A stretch of 64,000 nucleotides of DNA, taken from an uncultured Clostridia bacterium (GTDB lineage: Bacteria; Bacillota; Clostridia; JAAYHZ01). Shown here in pieces: positions 20,410-29,723 of this stretch. The notes under the pieces were generated by a model, which did not search any database, had not been told where the DNA came from, and was given only the letters and a program-made list of their open reading frames with translations. The translations under genes were made by a program, and so were the position numbers. How positions within the stretch are numbered: position 1 is the first letter of the stretch; every line of letters begins with the position of its first letter. Where the stretch lies: assembly GCA_937894465.1 (NCBI GenBank), contig CALCRE010000299.1, positions 1,244-65,243 of the forward strand, written 5' to 3'.

Positions 20410-21361
20410 TTACGACATTGTTTATTTAGGGAAGAAAGCCGAGGAACTAGGCTTTGTAAGAGACACCTTAGAAAAGGTAACGAGGCTCGCAGATATTTTG
20501 GAATACATAAATATAAATCCAATTCTAAAAGATAGTCTTGCATTAAAGGGTGGGACAGCAATTAATCTAACGATTTTCAACTTGCCACGTCTTTCTGTTG
20601 ATATTGATTTGGATTATTTAATCACCAACAGTAGAGAAGAAATGCTTGAAAGCAGAGAAGTCATTAATCGTACTATTGATCGCTATATGGTTTTCCAGGG
20701 TTATTCAAAAAATCCAAAGACGAAGAATCCTCATAGCTTGGATTCATGGGTCTATGATTACCAAGGAGCCAGCGGGAATAAAGATAACATCAAGATAGAA
20801 ATCAATTACTCGCTACGGTCCCATGTACTTGAAGCAGAAGAGAGATCTATCATTACAGAATATTTCTCAAGTGAGTATAAAGTAAAGTCCCTAGCTCCGC
20901 TTGAGATTTATGGCAGCAAGATTAATGCGCTACTTAGTAGAGCAGCAGCAAGGGATTTATATGATACAAGAAATATGATACATTTCGGGCTGTTTGATGA
21001 ATCAGAAGTGGATATGCTAAGAAAGTGCATTGTATTTTATGCAGCCATATCAGCCAGGGATAAAAACAATATAAACAAGACTTTTGATGCCACGGCTATT
21101 GACTTGATTACAAATCAAAAGATAAAAAGAGAGCTATTTCCAGTAATTAAAAGGAAAGATGATTTTGAGTTGGCGTCAGCAAGGAAGCTCATTAAAGAGT
21201 ACATTACTGATTTGATGGTATTAACAAAAGAAGAGAGGGAGTTTCTGGACAAGTTCGAAAGCGGAGAATACATTCCTGAACTGTTATTTGAAGATAAGGA
21301 GATTCTGGATCGTATCAAGAATCATCCAATGGCTTTATGGAAAACAAGAGAAATGAAATAA
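20387..21361 (+). CDS. abiEii: AbiEii/AbiGii nucleotidyltransferase toxin (DUF1814)
   Basis: ALKGGTAINL...RLSVDIDLDY motif; probable TTG start near 20402 after GGAGGTGA; overlaps abiEi. Confidence 0.75.
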   Translation: MEVIYLSNYDIVYLGKKAEELGFVRDTLEKVTRLADILEYININPILKDSLALKGGTAINLTIFNLPRLSVDIDLDYLITNSREEMLESREVINRTIDRYMVFQGYSKNPKTKNPHSLDSWVYDYQGASGNKDNIKIEINYSLRSHVLEAEERSIITEYFSSEYKVKSLAPLEIYGSKINALLSRAAARDLYDTRNMIHFGLFDESEVDMLRKCIVFYAAISARDKNNINKTFDATAIDLITNQKIKRELFPVIKRKDDFELASARKLIKEYITDLMVLTKEEREFLDKFESGEYIPELLFEDKEILDRIKNHPMALWKTREMK

Positions 21362-21431
21362 TAGTAAAACCCACCAAGAGAAAATCTAACATCCGAATGA
21401 ACCCGAAGAGTAAGGCATTAGACATATTTCC

Positions 21432-21827
21432 ATGTCATCCGGAAACCCAAAATATTTACTTGAAACAGAAGAATTATTAAATGAGCTCCCTGTGTCAGTA
21501 TTTTTTCTCATAACCCGTTCTCCCTTTCACCCAAATCCAATAGGATTTTCCAATGTTAAACTCAAAAGTATCGAGTTGTATACCGGCTTAGATCCGGTTC
21601 TGCATATTTTAGGAGCAGACCTGATGGGCAACACCCCTATCTATGTCATTAAACCCTATCTTTCTTATACCGACAGTCAACCGGATGCAGTGGGGGGATT
21701 TTGGCTCCGATTAATTCCCGAGGAACTACGAGAAGCACTCCTGTGCGTTCTCGCTCAAGACCATATACCTTCTTATCAAGATGATCCAAACCGTATCTAT
21801 GGCTTTGAATTCGGAGGTCTAAAATAA
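21432..21827 (+). pseudogene. TrmO/TsaA-family tRNA methyltransferase fragment (N-terminally truncated)
   Basis: HPNPIGFSNVKL...DLMGNTPIYVIKPYLSYTD and the C-terminal region match TrmO; the N-terminal ~third is missing. Confidence 0.45.
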
Positions 21828-21969
21828 AACAGATGCAAGAGTCTGTTTGGATTATGTTCGTAAGATTTGAATCAATCAAGTTTCAATGTCTGTTTTACCT
21901 GTAACAGTTTGTGCTCTGTTAACATAACATGGTAATATAATTAAACCTTTACACACGGAGGTAATATCC

Positions 21970-22899
21970 ATGCTCTTGAACATAGAATTTGTAAAGCAGT
22001 CTTTGGGTGTACATTTATTTTTTGCAAGAATCATGAAAGAACACTCGTTTTTTCTTCAAACGTCTTTTACACCACGAGATGATAGCTATACTCGGAAAGC
22101 GGATGCTTTTCGAATGGAATTTGACAGGCTCCTAGGAGAAGCTATCACGCTTTCTAACGGCGTCGTTAATCCTGAGGTTCTGCAATCCGGTGAGGTCATA
22201 ACACCTTATACTTTAAACGCAGAAATGGTAACCGTATATTATACGGGCGTACAGATACCGACGCAACTGACGCAAGCAGAAGCAGGACTAACCGGCGGTG
22301 ATATGATAACGCCTAGCCCTATGCTAGAACGACGTGTATATACATTAAACCAAAGGGCGATCAATGCAACTGCTTCGCTAATACAGTTTAAAACAAATAT
22401 TTTATCTAATGTTTCAAACTGCAAGATGTTTACATTCAATTATCCGTTATTGATTATACACATTATTCGTGAGGCGGAGTTATATCTAATGCAGCTTAGA
22501 AGACTACAAAACGGGGAAGAGGTAAATCTGGAAAGAGAGGCCCACGATCTGGAGTTTTTCTGGAACAGGCAAATGGCGGAGCATGCCAAGTTTATTCGAG
22601 GATTGCTTGACCCAACAGAGGACAATTTGATCACTCTAGCTAATAATTTTGGAAATGAGTTTGACTTATTGACAGCAGAAGCACAAGCAGCAATGGATGA
22701 GACTGTTCCCTCGGCTAGTGTTACTGACGAGAGCTTAAGAGCGACGGAAGATTTACGGAACTTCAAAGAACAAGGAACGAAAGGTATTCTTGCATGCGAA
22801 ATAAAATCAATCATCATTCCACTGCTTGGCGATCATGTTTTACGTGAAGCGAATCATTATATACGGTTGCTGAAAATGTTTGAAAGGATCGGAAGCTGA
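21970..22899 (+). CDS. DUF2935-family protein (internally duplicated helical domain)
   Basis: Two repeats, LFFARIMKEHSFF... and LEFFWNRQMAEHAKFIRGL...; family assignment from memory. Confidence 0.5.
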   Translation: MLLNIEFVKQSLGVHLFFARIMKEHSFFLQTSFTPRDDSYTRKADAFRMEFDRLLGEAITLSNGVVNPEVLQSGEVITPYTLNAEMVTVYYTGVQIPTQLTQAEAGLTGGDMITPSPMLERRVYTLNQRAINATASLIQFKTNILSNVSNCKMFTFNYPLLIIHIIREAELYLMQLRRLQNGEEVNLEREAHDLEFFWNRQMAEHAKFIRGLLDPTEDNLITLANNFGNEFDLLTAEAQAAMDETVPSASVTDESLRATEDLRNFKEQGTKGILACEIKSIIIPLLGDHVLREANHYIRLLKMFERIGS

Positions 22900-23047
22900 T
22901 AAAACCTATTGTGACCGATAGAAACATGAACTGCTGTGATAATTGAATACCGGTTAAAATGTTCCCCCTTTAAGGATACCATTAAAGGGGTTTTTGTATT
23001 ACTAAATATGTTTTACGAAGCCCTCCAAGATTTTATCTGTAAGCTGC

Positions 23048-23293
23048 TTACTCTTCTATCGGATCAGGTTCTTTTGCCGTGTATAAGGCTGCTAAAGAAG
23101 ATTCTATTGCTTCCAGGTTGGTCTGCTTGGTTTGTTCTAGGAGCTCTCCTCGGATGATGGTTTGGGATTTAGGGGCATCGATGCCGATGCTTACTTTATC
23201 ATCCCCTATGTCTAGCAAGGTGATTTTTATGTTGTCTCCAATCAGGATATATTCATCTTTTTTTCTAGACAGTACAAGCATGGGATTGGCCAC
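23048..23293 (-). CDS. csrA: carbon storage regulator CsrA
   Basis: MLVLSRKKDEYILIGDNIKITLLDIGDDKVSIGIDAPKSQTIIRGEL. Confidence 0.9.
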   Translation of the reverse strand: MANPMLVLSRKKDEYILIGDNIKITLLDIGDDKVSIGIDAPKSQTIIRGELLEQTKQTNLEAIESSLAALYTAKEPDPIEE

Positions 23294-23735
23294 CTTTCTT
23301 TTTGAGCTTTAAGTAGGTTTCATATAGAGGTTCTCTGATTGAATAGTTGCTGTTGTCGGGTATGACTTGCTTTCCAACTAGTTCCTTGGTGTTGATAACA
23401 ATGGGAGCGGCCATGTTTACGGTCATCTTAGTAATATCTTTGGAGATGACTGCTACATTTAGTATCAAAAGGTCTTTTTTATTTTGGGTGCACAATGCTT
23501 CCATGTCGCCTTCACTGATAGGTAGTTCATACTCTTTATAGATGTCAAAGGGGTTGACAACCGGTAACAGACAGTCCGGTCGGTTTACCGATTGAAGGAT
23601 GTAGAAGGGGTAAAGGTCGGGAGGTGTCAGAAAAACAAATTCTTTTGTTTCTTCCAACCCCGGTATCCCGTTATAGAAGGTAATGATCTTTTCTTCACTT
23701 TTCTTTATTTCACAAGTGCTCATGGTTTCCTCCAT
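23265..23735 (-). CDS. fliW: flagellar assembly factor FliW
   Basis: IITFYNGIPGLEETKEFVFL...PFYILQS. Confidence 0.85.
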   Translation of the reverse strand: MEETMSTCEIKKSEEKIITFYNGIPGLEETKEFVFLTPPDLYPFYILQSVNRPDCLLPVVNPFDIYKEYELPISEGDMEALCTQNKKDLLILNVAVISKDITKMTVNMAAPIVINTKELVGKQVIPDNSNYSIREPLYETYLKLKKKGGQSHACTV

Positions 23736-23737
23736 CT

Positions 23738-24310
23738 TTATATCTTTTTATCTACTTTCAGTCCCTTTTTGTTTTCCTTAACAGATATTTCTATGGAAGG
23801 CTTGTTCTTCACATAGATTTTTATACTATGGGGATGAACAATGATTTTAGGTTTGTGTTCAATGTACCAATCCATTTTCAATTCCTGTTCTGACCATTCC
23901 AATTCAAATTGTCCTTCATCCCATTCAATTTTGTTTTGTGGTGGTATTCCCACATTGATCTCCACATTGTCTTGGGAATTCTGTATGGCAAGCTCCGGTA
24001 TAGGGTTCCCTTTGTTTTCAATCCGCATCAAAGCATCCCCCTCAGATGCAATCCGGCCTATTGCTTCTAAGGTCATCTCTCTGGCTTTTTGAAACCGCTC
24101 TAAAGAGAAAGCCATATTTGTCAACCGGCCGGATGACACCAAATGGTTTTCTTGAATCATTTTAAACTTGGGCAGTCTTTTATGTATTTTAAATTGTGCC
24201 TTGTTTTGTATGATCTTAAGATGCGGTCTTGGATTTTGAATTTCAAACCGTGCTCTTTGGGTCTCAATGCCAATTGAAGCCATGGTTTGTTTGATTTGTA
24301 CGGAATACAC
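23738..24310 (-). CDS. YviE-like protein (DUF6470) between flgL and fliW
   Basis: Synteny with B. subtilis flgK-flgL-yviE-fliW-csrA; 190 aa. Confidence 0.5.
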   Translation of the reverse strand: MYSVQIKQTMASIGIETQRARFEIQNPRPHLKIIQNKAQFKIHKRLPKFKMIQENHLVSSGRLTNMAFSLERFQKAREMTLEAIGRIASEGDALMRIENKGNPIPELAIQNSQDNVEINVGIPPQNKIEWDEGQFELEWSEQELKMDWYIEHKPKIIVHPHSIKIYVKNKPSIEISVKENKKGLKVDKKI

Positions 24311-24322
24311 CTATCTCACCTT

Positions 24323-25246
24323 CTATCTTAAAAAGTCCATCAAGGAAGGCTGTATCACTCTTGCACCGACGGACAAAGCCGTTCTGTAGACGGCTTCTTG
24401 CATTTTAAACTGTGTGATCACTTCGGCCTGGTCAATATCTTCCACCCTTGATTGGATCCCTTTATAATTAATCAAATCATTTTCATAACGGGCAATGAGA
24501 TGATCAAGGCGGTTGGACTTTCCCCCTATTTCGGATACCAATGACAAAATATGTTCTTTTGCATCGTTGAGTTTTGTAATATAGTCGGTAACAGGAAGGT
24601 CATTATCCAAACGTTTTTTTAATTCATCTAACTGATTGAGGATGTTATCCGCACCGAATCCCACCACTTCCAAACCGTTCATACTGATTTCCATTTCAAT
24701 GCCTTTTCCCAGTTTGTAAGATACCCCTTGATCTTTTAAGCCTGAAAGGATACCGGTATCTCCTAACAATATATTTTCTCCATTGTACAAAATTTCTCCG
24801 TCTGCTTGGGTAAAAGGAGTGTTTGCCGTGTTATTACCACCAAATATGTATTTGTTGGAGCATGTGGTGTTCAATGTCTGTATGCATTGCTCCTTTATTT
24901 GCTCTATTTCCACTGCGATGGCTTGTCTTTCGGAAGGGCTTTTGGTTGCATTTGACGAGTCAATGACCAATTCATATGCACGGGTGATGTAATTCCCCAG
25001 ATCCATTAAAGCAGTCTCGGTAAATGTCATCATGGAATTAGCATCAAGAGCATTTTTCTTGTATTGGCTGATTCTCTCCAAGCTGTTTCTTGCCTGTAGG
25101 CTTTGGGTAACCCCTACAGGATCGTCTGAAAGCTTGGTAATCCTACTGTTTGTGGCCATCTGTATCTGGTACTTATTCATTTTTATCATATTTTGATTTA
25201 AGTTCTTCAGCATGTTTTGAGACATCATTGAATTGGTAATTCGCAT
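24323..25246 (-). CDS. flgL: flagellar hook-associated protein FlgL (HAP3)
   Basis: MRITNSMMSQNMLKNLNQN; flagellin-like N and C termini. Confidence 0.85.
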   Translation of the reverse strand: MRITNSMMSQNMLKNLNQNMIKMNKYQIQMATNSRITKLSDDPVGVTQSLQARNSLERISQYKKNALDANSMMTFTETALMDLGNYITRAYELVIDSSNATKSPSERQAIAVEIEQIKEQCIQTLNTTCSNKYIFGGNNTANTPFTQADGEILYNGENILLGDTGILSGLKDQGVSYKLGKGIEMEISMNGLEVVGFGADNILNQLDELKKRLDNDLPVTDYITKLNDAKEHILSLVSEIGGKSNRLDHLIARYENDLINYKGIQSRVEDIDQAEVITQFKMQEAVYRTALSVGARVIQPSLMDFLR

Positions 25247-25266
25247 GGTTAAGTTCCCTCCTTTGA

Positions 25267-26634
25267 TTATCTTCCTACCAAGCCGGTTTTATTAATCAAA
25301 TAATCCAACATTTCATCCATTGCGGTGATCATTCTTGAAGACGCTTGGTATGACTTTTCATACTTGATCATATTGGCCATTTCCTCGTCCAAAGATACAC
25401 CGGATATCGATTCTCTCCTGTATTCTATATTCGATAACAAATAGCCTCTGTTGGTCGACATATTGTTTGCATAGGATGTTTCCACACCCAGCTCTGAAGC
25501 AAAGCTTCTTAAAAACGCTTCGAAGTCACCCTTTGTATCATCATCCCTTAATGCCAACAAGGCCAGTATGTTTTCGTTATTCCCGGTGTTCTCCCCAGCT
25601 TCAACTTTCCCGGAGGATCCGGCAATGTAGTTGACATTGGTCAACAAGGGATTAATCCTTATATTGGATGCCTTGGTGCAGGTATCATCAAAAAAGTTGA
25701 TTCCGGTTTGAGACTCAATATTTTCCTCGGTATTCGGGTAAGTCCATCCTGCTTTGTGCACTGCATTGAATTCTGTCACCAATTTTTGTGCAAAATCGTC
25801 TAACAGGTTTAGAAAATAGGGGATTCCTTTTTGTTGATCCGTCGCTCCTGTGATCATATCCACATGACCTTTCAACTTACCGGATAAAAACGGTGGCATT
25901 TGGTCTGGGTCCGGTAAAAGAACTTGTTGTGCCGAGTTGCTTCGGTCGTTTACAAGCACTTCGGAAAAGGTAACATCCACATACTCTGAAAGTTGGTCCA
26001 TAAAAACATCTCTTTTATCCCTTAAGTCATTGGCGTTTTGACCGCTTAATTCATATCTTGCTATTTGCTCATTTAATGATTCGATATTTTTTATGGTTTC
26101 ATTGACCTGCTTCACCGATTGAGCAAGTTGAAATTCCTGATCCTTTAGCGCTTTTTGCAATTGGTTACTCGTATAATTCAAGGTTTCTGTCAAGCTGATG
26201 GCTTGTTGCATAAAGCTTGTCCTTACATCTTTACTGCCGACATTTTTAGAAAGCTCCTCTAGTCCGTTAAAGAACAGATTCAACGCATGGCTGATGCCGG
26301 TATCAGAAGGCTCTTTGAATATGTCTTCCATATAGGATAGGGCTTCGGATTTGACATTCCATTCTCCTGTTGATGAATTCTCTTCTCTAAATTGTCTATC
26401 CAAAAAATCGTTTCGTATACGTTCAATGGTTTGAATGTCCACACCTTCACCGATTCTATTTGAATAGTCGGCAAGAAGTGACGAGCTCATCCCCGGCTCT
26501 ATGGAAGAGCCGATGACTCTTTGCCTCGTATATCCTTTTGTATCGGCATTGGCTACATTGTGTGCCGTCACATTCAATGCCGCTTGGTTAAAAAACAATC
26601 CTTTTTTTGATATTTCAAATCCAAAAAATGTCAT
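25267..26634 (-). CDS. flgK: flagellar hook-associated protein FlgK (HAP1)
   Basis: MTFFGFEISKKGL...NVANADTKGYTRQ; start at the ATG after an AGGAG RBS. Confidence 0.85.
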   Translation of the reverse strand: MTFFGFEISKKGLFFNQAALNVTAHNVANADTKGYTRQRVIGSSIEPGMSSSLLADYSNRIGEGVDIQTIERIRNDFLDRQFREENSSTGEWNVKSEALSYMEDIFKEPSDTGISHALNLFFNGLEELSKNVGSKDVRTSFMQQAISLTETLNYTSNQLQKALKDQEFQLAQSVKQVNETIKNIESLNEQIARYELSGQNANDLRDKRDVFMDQLSEYVDVTFSEVLVNDRSNSAQQVLLPDPDQMPPFLSGKLKGHVDMITGATDQQKGIPYFLNLLDDFAQKLVTEFNAVHKAGWTYPNTEENIESQTGINFFDDTCTKASNIRINPLLTNVNYIAGSSGKVEAGENTGNNENILALLALRDDDTKGDFEAFLRSFASELGVETSYANNMSTNRGYLLSNIEYRRESISGVSLDEEMANMIKYEKSYQASSRMITAMDEMLDYLINKTGLVGR

Positions 26635-26656
26635 ATATACTCCTAAAGTTTGCTTA

Positions 26657-27151
26657 TTATACGGTTGTATCAATAATGTTCCGCTTTTGCACAAGGGCTC
26701 GGTCTCCCGAATGATTATAAGTATCCTGCTCCGTCTCTCCCATCACGATTTTGTTGACCACCTCGTTGATGTATTTAAGGTTGTTGTTTAGTAATTTGCT
26801 GTTAAGATCATTCAAATCCTTTTGTTTTTTCAAAACGCTTTGAAGTTCTTTCACATGTAAAGAAAGCTTATCTTGAAGTTCGGGAGGGGTTTGAGCTAGA
26901 ACTTGTTTTATATCAATGGTTGTTGGATCCAATTTCAAATTGTGAGCAATGCTCACACAAAGGTCTTCCCTTGTTTTTTCGCACTCTTCCAACTCCTCTA
27001 ACCAAGTTTGCTCTTGCTTTACAATATAGTCCAACTCTTTTACATCGTTATGTATGATCACTTGGGTCTTTTTTTCAGAAAGCTCAAGCATAAATATATG
27101 CAGATTCTTTTGCTTTTCCAACACATCGATTAATTGCTCTATGTAATTCAT
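26657..27151 (-). CDS. flgN: FlgN-family flagellar chaperone
   Basis: Position between flgM and flgK; helical 164 aa. Confidence 0.6.
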   Translation of the reverse strand: MNYIEQLIDVLEKQKNLHIFMLELSEKKTQVIIHNDVKELDYIVKQEQTWLEELEECEKTREDLCVSIAHNLKLDPTTIDIKQVLAQTPPELQDKLSLHVKELQSVLKKQKDLNDLNSKLLNNNLKYINEVVNKIVMGETEQDTYNHSGDRALVQKRNIIDTTV

Positions 27152-27164
27152 TGAAAAGACCCCT

Positions 27165-27443
27165 TTACTTTTGAACTTTCTTGCTGTTTCTTATCATGCT
27201 ATCTGCAACATCCATACTGTCAACCTTATATGTTCCGTTCTCCACCGCCTTTTTTATTTGTGAAACCTTCTCCGGCCTTATGTCACCGGATGCTTTAGCG
27301 GCTTTTACTGCAGTCATATAGGCCTTTGCTTCTTCCGAAAGCTCCAGTCGATCTTGTTGTTGAATTTCCGGTTGCCTTTTTTCACTTGCAGTTACTTTAT
27401 ATTTTGCTATATAATCCGCCGGTTTGATCGGGTTAATCTTCAT
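27165..27443 (-). CDS. flgM: anti-sigma-28 factor FlgM
   Basis: C-terminal KVSQIKKAVENGTYKVDSMDVADSMI. Confidence 0.75.
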   Translation of the reverse strand: MKINPIKPADYIAKYKVTASEKRQPEIQQQDRLELSEEAKAYMTAVKAAKASGDIRPEKVSQIKKAVENGTYKVDSMDVADSMIRNSKKVQK

Positions 27444-27446
27444 ATA

Positions 27447-28160
27447 TTACCGCCTTATATTATTAGCCAAGCCTTCCATCTCATCTGCCGTGGTGATGGC
27501 TCTGGCCGCTGTTTGATACGCTCTTTGAATTCGTATCATCCTTGTTAACTGATCCGTTACACTGACATTGGAGCTTTCCAAATATCCTTGCTTTACGATA
27601 GAGGTTGCTCCGTCTTGAGCCTGCCCGGAACTTTCTGTTGTTTCATAGTAATTACTACCTAGTGAAGACAGACCTTGAGGATTGACAAAATTGAACACCC
27701 CCGGCATTCTGCTGATATTCTCTCCGTCATACACTACAATACGGTTCCTGTTTTGATCCAATACATAATATCCTTCTTTCGTAACCAAATACGGGGTATT
27801 ATCTATTATCCCTATATTAAAGTTTCCGTCTCGGGTATAGAATATTTCTTCATTGGAATCCACTGCAAAGAACCCTTCCCCTTCAAGGGCAAAATCAGTT
27901 TTGATATCCGTTTGTTCAAAAGACCCTTGTGTAAAAGCTGTCTTTATATCCCCCACCAGCACACCATGACCTTGTTGCAAATTGTTCTGTTCCGATTCTT
28001 GTACCGGTGTTTCCATGGTGCGGTACAAGGCATCTTTAAAGCCTACCGTCTTGCCTTTAAATCCGGTTGTGTTGACATTGGATATATTATCAGCCAATTG
28101 GTCCATATTCTTTTGATGTGCCGTCATGGCAGAGACGGCAGTGTATAACGATTGGATCAT
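27447..28160 (-). CDS. flagellar basal-body rod protein (FlgG/FlgF family)
   Basis: MIQSLYTAVSAMTAHQ...NISNVNTTGFK; C-terminal rod motif. Confidence 0.8.
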   Translation of the reverse strand: MIQSLYTAVSAMTAHQKNMDQLADNISNVNTTGFKGKTVGFKDALYRTMETPVQESEQNNLQQGHGVLVGDIKTAFTQGSFEQTDIKTDFALEGEGFFAVDSNEEIFYTRDGNFNIGIIDNTPYLVTKEGYYVLDQNRNRIVVYDGENISRMPGVFNFVNPQGLSSLGSNYYETTESSGQAQDGATSIVKQGYLESSNVSVTDQLTRMIRIQRAYQTAARAITTADEMEGLANNIRR

Positions 28161-28171
28161 ATAATAATTCC

Positions 28172-28876
28172 TTAAACCCTTCCTATGTCTTTGACAGCTA
28201 AGCCTAAACTCTCATCAATGATAGACGCTATTTTTTGATTGGTTTCAAAAGCCCTTGTTATTTCCATCATGTCGGTCATTTGTCTTACCAAATCCACATT
28301 GGATCCTTCCAAAAAACCTCGCCTTATTTTCCCCCCTGCCATAACCGGTTCTGCACCTTCTAAGCCCTCATACAAGTTGTCTCCGACTTTTCTTACATAC
28401 TCCGGGTTTGTAAAGTTTGTCAATTGGATCAAGTCTACATAAAATTCAACCGAGGTTAAATAAATGGGTTCTCCGTTCATCCCTAAAACCGGATATCCCG
28501 AGCCGGTCACCAATTGCATATTTTCATCCGTTTGAAACGATCCGTCCCGTGTGTATCGGACCCCTTCCGGAGTATTAACAGCAAAAAAGCCTTCTCCTTG
28601 TATAGCAAAATCGGTCAATCGATCTGTTTGTTCCAATGCACCTTGAACAAAGTCAGTAAACACCTCATCCACATGGACTCCATTGTTGACAGACCCAACA
28701 TTCTCATAACCCGCATCATCCGATCTTGATATCAATATTTCGGCAAAAGATTTTACCAAGAGTTTATCTTGCTTGAACCCGGTTGTTTCAACATTGGCCA
28801 TGTTGTTTACCGTTACATCCAGCCTTTTTCTTTGTGTTATCATGCCGGTTCCGGCTGTATACAATCCTCTTATCAT
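28172..28876 (-). CDS. flagellar basal-body rod protein (FlgG/FlgF family)
   Basis: MIRGLYTAGTGMITQ...NMANVETTGFK. Confidence 0.8.
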   Translation of the reverse strand: MIRGLYTAGTGMITQRKRLDVTVNNMANVETTGFKQDKLLVKSFAEILISRSDDAGYENVGSVNNGVHVDEVFTDFVQGALEQTDRLTDFAIQGEGFFAVNTPEGVRYTRDGSFQTDENMQLVTGSGYPVLGMNGEPIYLTSVEFYVDLIQLTNFTNPEYVRKVGDNLYEGLEGAEPVMAGGKIRRGFLEGSNVDLVRQMTDMMEITRAFETNQKIASIIDESLGLAVKDIGRV

Positions 28877-28926
28877 TTTAATTTCCCCCCGTTATATTAC
28901 TTATATCGCCTCAAAACTGAAAACCT

Positions 28927-29697
28927 TTAGGCATCTATAAAACTTTTCAGTTTGCTCCTTAATTGAAACAATGCCTGGGAATGAATTTGGGAAACCCTCG
29001 ACTCACTGACACCCAATACAACTCCAATCTCTTTTAATGTCAGTTCCTCGTAGTAGTATAGTGTGATCACCAACCTTTCCCTGTCTGACAACAAGTCTAT
29101 GCCCTCTGCAAGAGAGTGTTTCAATTCGTTATGTACAAGGCTTGCACCGGGCATTGACTCTTCATCATCGGATGCCGGTTCCAATCCGGTGTTTTCCAAT
29201 ACTTCGTCAAGGTTTAAAATATTATAGGTGTATGAATCGTCCAATATCTTTCGCAGCTGCTTTTTATCCAAACTTAAGTGTTTGCAAACTTCCTCTTCCG
29301 TGGCAGGCTTTCCGGTTTGTGTTTGGATGGTTTCATAAGCCGATTCCACCCTTTTGATCTTGCTCCTTACATTTACAGGCAAGAAATCTTGCCTTCGAAG
29401 AAAGTCAATGATCTCTCCTTTGATTCGATAAGTTGCATAGGTTTCGAAAGAGGTTTCCTTCTCCATATCATACTTTGCCACCGCATCCATCAGCCCCATG
29501 ACTCCACAGCTCATCAAGTCATCTGTTTCCACAAACTTTCCGTAACTTTGCACCATCTTAAACGATATTTTCTTAACAAGATGAATGTAGTGTTCCACCA
29601 AGGCATTTCGATCCGTAAGGTCCTTTTTCTTTTGATACCTCTTCCACAATTCATCGACATCCGTTTTCGTTTCAAACATACAATCCGTTCCTTTCAT
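28927..29697 (-). CDS. fliA: flagellar sigma factor FliA/SigD (sigma-28)
   Basis: Sigma-70 region 2 (DDLMSCGVMGLMDAVAKYD) and region 4 (LTLKEIGVVLGVSESRVSQI). Confidence 0.9.
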   Translation of the reverse strand: MKGTDCMFETKTDVDELWKRYQKKKDLTDRNALVEHYIHLVKKISFKMVQSYGKFVETDDLMSCGVMGLMDAVAKYDMEKETSFETYATYRIKGEIIDFLRRQDFLPVNVRSKIKRVESAYETIQTQTGKPATEEEVCKHLSLDKKQLRKILDDSYTYNILNLDEVLENTGLEPASDDEESMPGASLVHNELKHSLAEGIDLLSDRERLVITLYYYEELTLKEIGVVLGVSESRVSQIHSQALFQLRSKLKSFIDA

Positions 29698-29723
29698 CTA
29701 TTCATCCCTTGTGTAAAACTAAT

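Noticed and set aside
22936-23312. Small plus-strand ORFs overlapping csrA
   Set aside because: Antisense to a highly conserved csrA; this is a frame artefact.
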